A DNA stretch of 16,552 nucleotides from a virus (lineage: Duplodnaviria; Heunggongvirae; Uroviricota; Caudoviricetes), in the IMG/VR virus record IMGVR_UViG_2585427768_000007; one strand, given 5' to 3'. Made by a program: the position numbers and the translations under genes. The notes under the pieces are model-generated. The model had not been told where the DNA came from and did no database searches. It saw only the letters and a program-made list of their open reading frames with translations. Within the stretch, counting starts at the first letter, position 1. Each line of letters starts with the position of its first letter. Below are positions 7,337 through 16,049 of this stretch, piece by piece.

Positions 7337-7745
7337 ACACATCCGCATGGCAATGAATGCCTGGGCGTATCCAGACGGTGAGAAAGTTCCAGCAGCTGAA
7401 ATAGCCCGGACTTATTTCGAACTGGGGATGACGTTCCCGGAACTGTACGACGACAGCCATCCGGAAGCCCTGGCCCGTAATACCCAGAAAATTTTCCGCT
7501 GGGTAGAGAAAGACACCCCTGATGCAGTTGAAAAAATTCAGGCGTTGTTACCAGCGATCGAAAAGGCAATGCCACCTTTGCTGGTGGCCAGAATGCGCAG
7601 CCACAGTTCAGCTTATTTTCGGGAGCTGGTGGAGACGCGGGAGCGACTGGTGAGAGACGCTGATGATTTTGTCGCAGTGGCAATCGCCGGTTTCAATCAG
7701 ATGAACCGTGGTGGCCCGGCAGGAAATGCTGTGGCAGTACATTGA
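7320..7745 (+). CDS. YdaT-family protein (CII-like regulator, formerly called a toxin)
   Basis: 141-aa ORF starting MKIKHEHI, the characteristic YdaT-family N-terminus as I recall it; sits directly after the Cro/YdaS-like gene as in Rac. Confidence 0.65.
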   Translation: MKIKHEHIRMAMNAWAYPDGEKVPAAEIARTYFELGMTFPELYDDSHPEALARNTQKIFRWVEKDTPDAVEKIQALLPAIEKAMPPLLVARMRSHSSAYFRELVETRERLVRDADDFVAVAIAGFNQMNRGGPAGNAVAVH

Positions 7746-7816
7746 CTGACAATAGCCATATCGAATCGCTTCCGGCAACTCGTGAGTAAAAAGATTCGGT
7801 ATCAGAAGAGGTGAGT

Positions 7817-8833
7817 ATGGCTAACGCCTGGCTCAGATTATGGCATGACATGCCAAATGACCCTAAGTGGCGAACAATTGCCAGGGTGTCAGGGCAGCCA
7901 ATTGCAACAGTGATGGCAGTGTATATCCACCTCCTGGTGAGCGCGTCACGAAATGTCACGCGAGGTCACATTGATGTCACGACAGAAGATTTGGCAAGTG
8001 CGCTCGACGTGACAGAAGAGGTAATTGATTCAATTTTGCAGACGATGCAGGGGCGGGGACTTGATGGTGATTTAATCACTGGATGGGAAAAACGCCAGGT
8101 GCTTAAAGAGGACAACGGCAATATTTCGCAAACCGCAAAATCTCCGGCAGAGCGCAAGAGGGCGCAGCGTGAGAGGGAAAGAAAGCGGGAACAAAATGGC
8201 GATTGTCACGGCGCGTCACGAAATGTCACGCACATGTCACGACAAGTCACGACAGATAAAGATACAGATACAGAATTAAACCCCACACATAACGCGCGCA
8301 TGCGCGAGAGTGCTCCAACCGGTGAGTCGCATGGTGCGCCGTTGCAGACAGCCGAACCTGAATACCTGGACGGCCTGAGCGAACCGATCGGGAAATTTTC
8401 GATGACTACTGTCTGGCAGCCGTCGTCGGATTTTCGACAACGGGCAGCAGTGTGGGGTATGGCTCTGCCTGAGCCGGAATTTACACCTGCAGAGCTTGCC
8501 GCATTCCGGGATTACTGGATGGCGGAGGGGAAGGTTTTCACGCAGGTTCAGTGGGAGCAGAAATTTGCCCGCCACGTGCAGCACGTCAGGGCACAGGTAA
8601 AACCAGTCAGCAAGGGGGTAAGCCATGCAGCATCAGGTGGCACGGCATCACGGGCAGTTCAGGAAATCCGGGCAGCACGCGAACAGTGGGAACGTGACAA
8701 CGGATTTATCAGCAACGGAAACGGCCTGGAAGCTGTGGGAGCTTATGGGGGAGGTGTATTCGAACCGCTGGACACAGAAGAACGGGGCCGCACCTTCGAA
8801 GCTCTGGATTGCCCAGATTGGCGCGATGACTGA
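7817..8833 (+). CDS. Replication initiator / replisome organiser (lambda O-like, with DnaT-like C-terminal region)
   Basis: About 338 aa from ATG 7817 (GTG at 7811 is an alternative). Contains two iteron clusters inside the coding sequence, as lambda O contains ori. Followed by a P-like gene. Confidence 0.8.
   Translation: MANAWLRLWHDMPNDPKWRTIARVSGQPIATVMAVYIHLLVSASRNVTRGHIDVTTEDLASALDVTEEVIDSILQTMQGRGLDGDLITGWEKRQVLKEDNGNISQTAKSPAERKRAQRERERKREQNGDCHGASRNVTHMSRQVTTDKDTDTELNPTHNARMRESAPTGESHGAPLQTAEPEYLDGLSEPIGKFSMTTVWQPSSDFRQRAAVWGMALPEPEFTPAELAAFRDYWMAEGKVFTQVQWEQKFARHVQHVRAQVKPVSKGVSHAASGGTASRAVQEIRAAREQWERDNGFISNGNGLEAVGAYGGGVFEPLDTEERGRTFEALDCPDWRDD
7941..7981. repeat. Iteron cluster 1 (4 x GTCACG/GTCACA at 10-11 bp spacing)
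   Basis: GTCACG at 7945, 7955 and 7976, GTCACA at 7965; an inverted copy CGTGAC at 8008-8013. The 21-bp block GCGCGTCACGAAATGTCACGC is repeated exactly at 8211-8231. Confidence 0.7.
8201..8280. repeat. Iteron cluster 2 (5 x GTCACG at 10-11 bp spacing) plus adjacent AT-rich tract; candidate replication origin
   Basis: GTCACG at 8205, 8215, 8225, 8236 and 8246, followed by GATAAAGATACAGATACAGAATTAAA. Lambda-ori-like layout inside the initiator gene. Confidence 0.7.
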
Positions 8834-9287
8834 ACAGCAAATCCGGCTGGTCTGCCGTCAGTGCATGGACCGCTGCCGGGCGGGTGAAACGTGGCCCCCG
8901 GACCTGGCTGAGTTTGTTGCACTGATTTCGGAGAGTGGGGCAAATCCATTTGGTCTTACGGTGGATGCAGTGATGGAAGAGTACCGGCGCTGGCGCAATG
9001 AATCCTGGCGATACGACGGGAGTGATAAATACCCGTGGCCACAGCCTGTGCTGTACCACATCTGCCTCGAAATGCGTACCAGAGGGATTGAGCGCCAGAT
9101 GACGCAGGGTGAGTTAAAACGACTTGCGGAACGGCAACTGACGAAATGGGCAAAGCATGTTGGTAACGGGATGAGTGTTCCGCCAGTGCGACGACAACTG
9201 GAAGGGGCGAAACACCCGCAAGGGCCAACGCCAATTGAACGGCTGAAACAGGAATACGAACGCCGGAAGGCAGCTGGTTTTATTTGA
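8625..9287 (+). CDS. Replication protein P-like (helicase loader)
   Basis: Central and C-terminal regions align to lambda P as recalled (NR..W[IV].A, TMEQ/MTEQQ, FV/FVA, YPW). Strong Shine-Dalgarno AGGGGG 5 nt upstream of ATG 8625. That start overlaps the O-like gene by 209 nt; alternative starts are 8745 and 8826. Confidence 0.7.
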   Translation: MQHQVARHHGQFRKSGQHANSGNVTTDLSATETAWKLWELMGEVYSNRWTQKNGAAPSKLWIAQIGAMTEQQIRLVCRQCMDRCRAGETWPPDLAEFVALISESGANPFGLTVDAVMEEYRRWRNESWRYDGSDKYPWPQPVLYHICLEMRTRGIERQMTQGELKRLAERQLTKWAKHVGNGMSVPPVRRQLEGAKHPQGPTPIERLKQEYERRKAAGFI

Positions 9288-9320
9288 ATCTGAGAAACGA
9301 TTTTGTCGGAGGAAATATTA

Positions 9321-10091
9321 ATGGAAACCGTATTTGACGCACTGAAAGCACTGAAAAAAGCCTCTTCACATGTGGTGGCAGCTCGCCTTGGAATCAGTCG
9401 TGAAGAGGCTGTCAACGAGCTGTGGGAACTCAAAAGAAATGGCGTCGTTGATAAAACTGGTCACACCTGGTTTCTGGCTGGCGAAGGGGAATCCCGGGTA
9501 ACCGAAGAGCGGCCAGTAAAATCTGAAGCACAGGATATGCTGACCGGGGAGGTCGAACAAAAAGTTACCGCGGACATGATGATTGAGTTTATCTGTCAGG
9601 ATGGGGCTAAAACGTGTGAGGAACTGGCGGATAAGTTCGGTGTTAGCATTCGCAAGGTTGCTTCCACGTTGGCGGTCGTAACAGCAACGGGGCGCCTGGC
9701 ACGCGTAAATCAGAACGGTAAATTTCGTTACTGCATACCGGGCGCTGATTTACCGGCAGAGCCGGAAGCTGCATCCGTAGCGGAAACGGATGGTAAAGCC
9801 ATTCCTCAGCCAGCAGGTATTGCGTTACCTGTCCGGGAAGCGGAAACACAGGAAGAAATAAAAACTGAAAGTGTGGCGGTCACAGTGCAGTCACAGCCGT
9901 CGTTCACCAGAAAACATCCGGATGGTCTGATTTTACCATCGCTGCATGTGGCTAACCGCGAGCTGCGCCGGGCAAAAGGTCAGGTTCAGAAGTGGGAGCG
10001 AGTCTGCGCCGCGCTGCGGGAGCTGTACAAGCACCGGGATATTGTTCGACAGATTGTCGATTCATCCGGTCGTATTGTGTCGGAAAAGTGA
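9321..10091 (+). CDS. Hypothetical phage protein with two winged-helix-like segments
   Basis: 257 aa from ATG 9321 (GGAGGA 7 nt upstream). No catalytic motif recognised. Confidence 0.6.
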   Translation: METVFDALKALKKASSHVVAARLGISREEAVNELWELKRNGVVDKTGHTWFLAGEGESRVTEERPVKSEAQDMLTGEVEQKVTADMMIEFICQDGAKTCEELADKFGVSIRKVASTLAVVTATGRLARVNQNGKFRYCIPGADLPAEPEAASVAETDGKAIPQPAGIALPVREAETQEEIKTESVAVTVQSQPSFTRKHPDGLILPSLHVANRELRRAKGQVQKWERVCAALRELYKHRDIVRQIVDSSGRIVSEK

Positions 10092-10106
10092 TTGCCGGAG
10101 GCGCTT

Positions 10107-10502
10107 ATGGCAAAAGTATTTACACCAGAAGAGCGGGAAGAAGTGAAGGCGCGCATTGTGGAATTCGTGCGCCTGAGCGGACGAGAAACTTTTCGACAAC
10201 TGGCAGATAAAACGGGTGTCAGTAAGACCGCTATTCGTCGTTTATCTGGTGCGCTTGCGGCCAGTGGTGATGTCTGGCTCTGTGATTGCGGGGTATTTCC
10301 ATCAGAGCAGGCGTATCGCGTATGGCGTAAGACACCGGAGAAGGCTGCTGACCCGACACTGATTCGAAAGTTACCAGACGGAGAAATACGCCGCTACGAC
10401 AGGCGCCTGAATATAATCTGTCGCGAGTGCCGGAAGAGCGAAGCTATGCAGCGTGTACTGACATTTTATCAAGGAAATGTTAGGTATTTTAGACGTTACT
10501 AG
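10107..10502 (+). CDS. Hypothetical phage protein, winged-helix-like N-terminus, Cys-rich C-terminal half
   Basis: 131 aa from ATG 10107 (GGAGG 5 nt upstream). The TAG stop at 10500-10502 lies within the CTAG target-site duplication of IS5. Confidence 0.55.
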   Translation: MAKVFTPEEREEVKARIVEFVRLSGRETFRQLADKTGVSKTAIRRLSGALAASGDVWLCDCGVFPSEQAYRVWRKTPEKAADPTLIRKLPDGEIRRYDRRLNIICRECRKSEAMQRVLTFYQGNVRYFRRY

Positions 10503-11696
<1,194 letters not shown>

Positions 11697-11853
11697 CTAG
11701 ATTAAAGAGCATTAGTTCAGATGTGAATTGACATTTTCATGGCGCAGGGTAGAGCCAGCGTGGTTGTCCGCTTTGCGTCAAAACCAGATATTACCAGATT
11801 TAGACATATATTCCCGATAGCCCTGCTCTGATGCTACACTCTGTGCTATTTTC

Positions 11854-12540
11854 ATGACCCCAATAAAAATATTTATGACTATTGCTGATTTCAAACGGCC
11901 TAAATTGGAACTCCCAAACGGGGCAAACAAACTACTACTGCACTCTTGCTGTGCTCCATGTTCCGGTGAAGTGATGGAGGCGCTTCAGGCCTCGGGAATC
12001 GACTACACCATCTTTTTCTACAACCCGAACATTCATCCTCAGAAAGAGTATTTAATTCGTAAGGATGAAAATATTCGCTTTGCTGAACAACACGGCGTGC
12101 CGTTTATCGATGCTGATTACGACACCGACAACTGGTTTGAACGTGCCAAAGGAATGGAATGGGAGCCTGAGAGGGGGATCCGTTGTACCATGTGTTTTGA
12201 CATGCGTTTTGAGCGGACAGCGTTGTACGCTGCTGAAAATGGTTTCAGTGTGATCAGCAGTTCACTGGGCATTTCACGCTGGAAAAATATGCAGCAGGTT
12301 AACGAGTGTGGGCGGCGAGCTGTTGCGCATTATCCGGGTATGGTGTACTGGGATTATAACTGGCGCAAGCAGGGCGGCTCGTCCCGTATGATTGAAATCA
12401 GCAAGCGCGAAAAATTCTATCAGCAGGAATATTGTGGCTGTGTGTATTCTCTGCGCGATACCAATCTACACCGCAAATCTCAGGGACGCCCTCTTATCAA
12501 AATTGGCCAACTCCACTACGGAAAAGAAGAGAAGGAGTGA
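11854..12540 (+). CDS. QueH-like protein (DUF208; epoxyqueuosine-reductase family), putative
   Basis: 228-aa ORF with [11 protein letters not shown] near the N-terminus, NPNIHP, RC..CF, and C-terminal [10 protein letters not shown], matching DUF208/QueH cysteine motifs as I recall them. Family assignment is from memory. Confidence 0.55.
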   Translation: MTPIKIFMTIADFKRPKLELPNGANKLLLHSCCAPCSGEVMEALQASGIDYTIFFYNPNIHPQKEYLIRKDENIRFAEQHGVPFIDADYDTDNWFERAKGMEWEPERGIRCTMCFDMRFERTALYAAENGFSVISSSLGISRWKNMQQVNECGRRAVAHYPGMVYWDYNWRKQGGSSRMIEISKREKFYQQEYCGCVYSLRDTNLHRKSQGRPLIKIGQLHYGKEEKE

Positions 12541-12610
12541 TTTTATGGATCACCTTTCTGATTGATTTCATATTGGCGAGGTGACGTGAGTTAAGTAGAA
12601 TTGCTGCGGG

Positions 12611-12635
12611 TGCCTGAGGCTGTCTGCCTCAGGCA
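12611..12635. promoter_or_regulatory. Perfect 10-bp inverted repeat (TGCCTGAGGC-TGTCT-GCCTCAGGCA) between the queH-like and methyltransferase genes
   Basis: GC-rich hairpin with no U-tract; each arm contains a CCTNAGG heptamer. Candidate attenuator, operator or RNA-stability element. Confidence 0.4.
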
Positions 12636-12718
12636 TGAACACCAAAAGGCAGATAGAGAAAGCCCCAGTTAACATTACGCGTCCTGTAAGACGCTCAACA
12701 TTAATCTGAGGCATATGG

Positions 12719-13843
12719 ATGCGGATGAAAGAATTAAATAAATTCAGAGTGATAGACCTCTTTTGTGGGGCAGGTGGATTATCTTATGGTTTTCTTCATG
12801 GAGAGATGTCTGACTACTTTGAAAGTATCCTTGCTATTGATAATAATGCTGCAGCTATAAATACCTACAATGCCAATTTTGGTTTGCATGGAGTTCAGGC
12901 AAATATTGAGGAGTGGGCATCCAGCAATACTGTTCCTGAGGCTGATGTGGTCATAGGTGGCCCCCCGTGTCAGGGATTCAGTTTATTAAATAAGAATCGT
13001 TATGGTGATCACCGAAGAGCATTGTGGGAGCCTTATATGGATGTCATTGAGCGTTCAAGGGCTTGTATGTTCGTCATGGAAAATGTCCCCGGATTGCTGA
13101 TAAGCGATGAGTTTGCGGACATTACGTTTAGAGCGAAATCCATGGGCTTTATTCTGCTTAATCCAATGGTGTTGAATACTGCTGACTATGGAGTACCTCA
13201 GACAAGAAAACGAACGATAGCAATCGGTATCAAACGAGAACTCTTCGATGTGCATAGTATTCCGGCGTTCCCGCCAGCACCAACGCATCGTTCCCCTGAT
13301 AAGGATGTCGCTTTGCCTGAATGGGTCTGTACGCGTGATGCAATTGGTGACTTACCTGCTCCTGTTGGAACTGATATTCGTAATGAACTTCCTCCGCTGA
13401 ACTTACATTTTGGGCGTAATCCCACACCTGTTTCTCTGGAGCGATATAAAGCGGTTCCACCAGGAGGTAACCGTTTCGATTTACAGAAAAAAAGACCTGA
13501 TATAACCCCGGCGTGCTGGCTAAAAAAGAAATCTGGAGGGACCGATTTGTTTGGACGTCTGTGGTGGGACAGACCTTCAGTAACGATTCGTACTGAGTTT
13601 TTCAAACCGGAGAAAGGGCGATATTTACATCCGGAAGAGGATCGGCCAATAACTCATCGTGAGGCAGCGAGATTAATGTCTTTTCCTGATAATTTCATTT
13701 TTACCGGTTCAAAAACTGAGATTGCAAAGCAGATCGGGAATGCTGTTCCACCGCTATTTGCGGCAAAAATCGCACAATATGTGTATGGAGTTTTGCAGGG
13801 ACGGTATAAGAATAACATCAGTAAGAATAGTCAAGCAGCCTGA
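12719..13843 (+). CDS. DNA (cytosine-5)-methyltransferase, Type II R-M modification subunit
   Basis: 374-aa ORF with canonical m5C motifs in order: I DLFCGAGG, IV GGPPCQGFS, VI ENV, VIII QTRKR, IX REAARLMSFPD, X GNAVPP. GAGG 8 nt upstream of the ATG. Confidence 0.9.
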   Translation: MRMKELNKFRVIDLFCGAGGLSYGFLHGEMSDYFESILAIDNNAAAINTYNANFGLHGVQANIEEWASSNTVPEADVVIGGPPCQGFSLLNKNRYGDHRRALWEPYMDVIERSRACMFVMENVPGLLISDEFADITFRAKSMGFILLNPMVLNTADYGVPQTRKRTIAIGIKRELFDVHSIPAFPPAPTHRSPDKDVALPEWVCTRDAIGDLPAPVGTDIRNELPPLNLHFGRNPTPVSLERYKAVPPGGNRFDLQKKRPDITPACWLKKKSGGTDLFGRLWWDRPSVTIRTEFFKPEKGRYLHPEEDRPITHREAARLMSFPDNFIFTGSKTEIAKQIGNAVPPLFAAKIAQYVYGVLQGRYKNNISKNSQAA

Positions 13844-13856
13844 AGGAAATCCAGAA

Positions 13857-14735
13857 ATGAATGGAGATTTGGTTGACAGCATAGTTGGTTTTGCTGAAGC
13901 CAGAAAGGAGTTTCATGCCCAATTGTTACTGAATACGCTCACAATTAATACTGCCGGAGTTGTTAGTAACGCAGATAGCAGTAACAAAAACAGTAAAGCT
14001 ATAGCAAGAGAAATTGCTCGCTTCTTGCAGGCTGAAACGATTGGTGAACGTGTTGCAGGGCAAACATCTGGTAATCAGTTTGAGAGTATCTGCGCAGAGT
14101 TTATAGAAAAAACCTTTTTTAAACTCAGCCACTTACGCCCTGGAAAATGGAATGTACATCAGGTTTCTGGTAGAAACAGATTAGAGATAGCTAAATATGA
14201 ACAATATGCCCATCTTATAGCATTGGATAGTGCTGCAAAAAGTAATCCTCAGCTAGCTGCTGCACTGGGGAGTGATTATACGATTTCACCAGATATTATT
14301 GTTGAAAGAGAACCTGAATGTGATCAAGTTATCAACAGTCCTGAATTACTGGTGGATGATTCTGTTACCCGCATGTCAGCTCTCAGGAGTTCGAATGGTG
14401 GGAAACCAATATTACACGCAAGTATTTCCTGCAAATGGACAATAAGAAGCGACCGGGCCCAGAATGCTCGTTCTGAGGCATTAAATCTTATTCGCAACCG
14501 TAAGGGAAATCTCCCTCATGTAATGGTTGTTACTGCTGAGCCTACTCCAAGTCGTCTGGCGTCTATTGCTCTTGGTACTGGTGATATAGATTGCGTGTAT
14601 CATTTTGCGCTTTATGAACTTATATCAGCAGTTGAAATACTGGGGCTCAGCGATGCAGCTGACATGCTTTCCGTGATGGTTAATGGTAAAAGATTAAAGG
14701 ATATTTCTGATCTTCCCTTGGATCTTGCAGTCTGA
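13857..14735 (+). CDS. Type II restriction endonuclease, putative (NgoMIV/Cfr10I-like PD...SxK...E arrangement)
   Basis: 292 aa from ATG 13857, 14 nt after the methyltransferase stop (the track ORF starting at 13722 overlaps the methyltransferase). P145-D146, S191-x-K193, E207: the D-to-K spacing of 47 and K-to-E spacing of 14 equal those I recall for NgoMIV (D140, K187, E201). Confidence 0.6.
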   Translation: MNGDLVDSIVGFAEARKEFHAQLLLNTLTINTAGVVSNADSSNKNSKAIAREIARFLQAETIGERVAGQTSGNQFESICAEFIEKTFFKLSHLRPGKWNVHQVSGRNRLEIAKYEQYAHLIALDSAAKSNPQLAAALGSDYTISPDIIVEREPECDQVINSPELLVDDSVTRMSALRSSNGGKPILHASISCKWTIRSDRAQNARSEALNLIRNRKGNLPHVMVVTAEPTPSRLASIALGTGDIDCVYHFALYELISAVEILGLSDAADMLSVMVNGKRLKDISDLPLDLAV

Positions 14736-14807
14736 CATCTCTACGTAAATAGAGTCTGTCATATTTTAACTGTGATGGCACGTCATTGACTTCAGTACAT
14801 TTTTACT

Positions 14808-14833
14808 AACCCGCTTCGCGGGTTTTGTTTTTT
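14808..14833 (+). terminator. Rho-independent terminator downstream of the restriction gene
   Basis: AACCCGC-TTC-GCGGGTT followed by TTGTTTTTT. Confidence 0.65.
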
Positions 14834-14905
14834 CCTGGCATTCTGGTTTACAATCCACACGCCAGCCTGAACAACTGGCACCTGCTGCGCCAGCAGAGAA
14901 AACAG

Positions 14906-15184
14906 ATGGCGCACGATACCAAACCATACAATTCTGATAATTCAGCCGTCTTTGCCAGCAGGCACGGGCGGCGTTCTCATGCATTCAAATCTGACTGGTA
15001 TCAGCACGACCCCTGCACCGAAGAACAGGCTGAATGGCTGATTCAGTGTTACCGCAGGCGCGGATACGAGGTTAAGAAAGCCCTCACCCTCGATTATCGT
15101 CACTGGATAATCTACGTCAGACTCCCTTATTCCGAACGCCCACCGCGTCCGTCCCGCACATATCAGCAACGCATCTGGAGGTAA
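14906..15184 (+). CDS. Hypothetical small protein
   Basis: 92 aa from ATG 14906; the track ORF start at 14825 overlaps the terminator. Several rare arginine codons; ends about 30 bp before the IS66 truncation point. Weak call. Confidence 0.3.
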   Translation: MAHDTKPYNSDNSAVFASRHGRRSHAFKSDWYQHDPCTEEQAEWLIQCYRRRGYEVKKALTLDYRHWIIYVRLPYSERPPRPSRTYQQRIWR

Positions 15185-15214
15185 CGTGCGGGTATTACTT
15201 CGACCTGTTCTGGT

Positions 15215-15682
15215 AAAGGCGCTGCTGATAAGCTCCAGTTGCTCTGACACATCACATCCCAGAGAACTGAGTTCACCACCACAGGCAGGACAGCATTCCT
15301 CTTCCGGCCGGATAACCCGGGTTTCACGGGGAAGTGAGGCCGGTAACGGTTTACGGGCTGAAGACTGGCGCAGGGCGGATGGCAGTACCGGGTCATATTG
15401 CTCACCCAGCGTTTCCGCCATTTCTTCCTGAAGTGCGCTGATTCGCTCCTGTGCTTCCTGTATCTGCCGTTCGGTTTTTGCACGAAGTTTTTCTGAGCTT
15501 TTACCGAACTGCATACGTTGCAGTTTCGCAACCAGCGCCTTCAGCCGGTTGATTTCGGAAGCATAAGCCGCCACCCGCTGTGAGAGCAGGCGGTTGTATT
15601 CAGCCATCTGGCGGATGGTGTCCTGTTGCGTCTGCAACAGTGCCCGCAGGCGGGCGTTCTCATGAGCAAGTGAGGTGTCCAT
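15215..15682 (-). pseudogene. IS66 transposase TnpC, N-terminal fragment only
   Basis: Starts MDTSLAHENARLRALLQTQQDTIRQMAEYNRLL, with leucine zipper and CxxC zinc finger (CCPACGG) as in ISEc8-like TnpC. Catalytic region absent; the track ORF continues to 14942 as out-of-frame read-through. Confidence 0.8.
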
Positions 15683-15701
15683 ATCCTCACTTTACAACGG
15701 G

Positions 15702-16049
15702 TTATATGCGGATTCCAGCGCGTTCCGTTCGTTTCGGGTGCTTCCAGTTGATACCTTCAAGAAGCATGGATAACTGAGCCGGAGTAAGGTGCACCTTGCC
15801 GTCACGGGTGACTGGCCAGACGAAGCGGCCCCGCTCCAGGCGTTTGGTGAAGAGGCACAGTCCGTCACTGTCAGCCCACAACACTTTTATCTGGTCACCC
15901 CGGCGTCCGCGGAAGATGAACAGGTGTCCGGAGAACGGGTCATCCTTCAGGACGTTCTGAACTTTTGATGCCAGGCCGTTAAAGCCATTTCGCATATCGG
16001 TGATACCTGCAACCAGCCAGATACGCGAACCTGCAGGGAGAGATATCAT
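15702..16049 (-). CDS. IS66 accessory protein TnpB (Orf2)
   Basis: 115-aa ORF MISLPAGSRIWLVAGITDMRNGFNGL..., typical IS66 Orf2. Start overlaps the tnpA stop (ATGA). Confidence 0.9.
   Translation of the reverse strand: MISLPAGSRIWLVAGITDMRNGFNGLASKVQNVLKDDPFSGHLFIFRGRRGDQIKVLWADSDGLCLFTKRLERGRFVWPVTRDGKVHLTPAQLSMLLEGINWKHPKRTERAGIRI

Noticed and set aside
7941-8251. Regularly spaced short repeats as a possible CRISPR array
   Set aside because: Repeat unit is only 6 bp at 10-11 bp period, lies inside a coding sequence, and has no cas genes nearby; iterons of a replication origin fit better.
7327-9433. Minus-strand ORFs antisense to the YdaT-like, O-like and P-like genes (7327-7683, 7693-7959, 8276-8626, 8709-9059, 8858-9433, 8956-9234)
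   Set aside because: All lie opposite strongly supported plus-strand genes and are rich in Arg/Pro/Ser/Cys; shadow ORFs.
11844-11850. Single TGCTATT operator half-site just upstream of the queH-like start
   Set aside because: Only one half-site with no matching partner; a 7-mer is expected by chance about once in a window this size.
13055-14132. Minus-strand ORFs antisense to the methyltransferase and nuclease genes (13055-13288, 13198-13605, 13230-13460, 13926-14132)
   Set aside because: Antisense to a methyltransferase with all canonical motifs in frame; no RBS; shadow ORFs.
14942-15214. 3' part of the 246-aa minus-strand ORF (track 14942-15682) as genuine TnpC sequence
   Set aside because: IS66 TnpC similarity ends near 15215; the remaining reading is low-complexity out-of-frame translation of the opposite-strand small ORF region.
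15163-15777. ORFs 15163-15531 (-), 15186-15431 (+), 15580-15777 (+)
   Set aside because: Alternative-frame or antisense reads across the IS66 tnpC fragment; no independent support.
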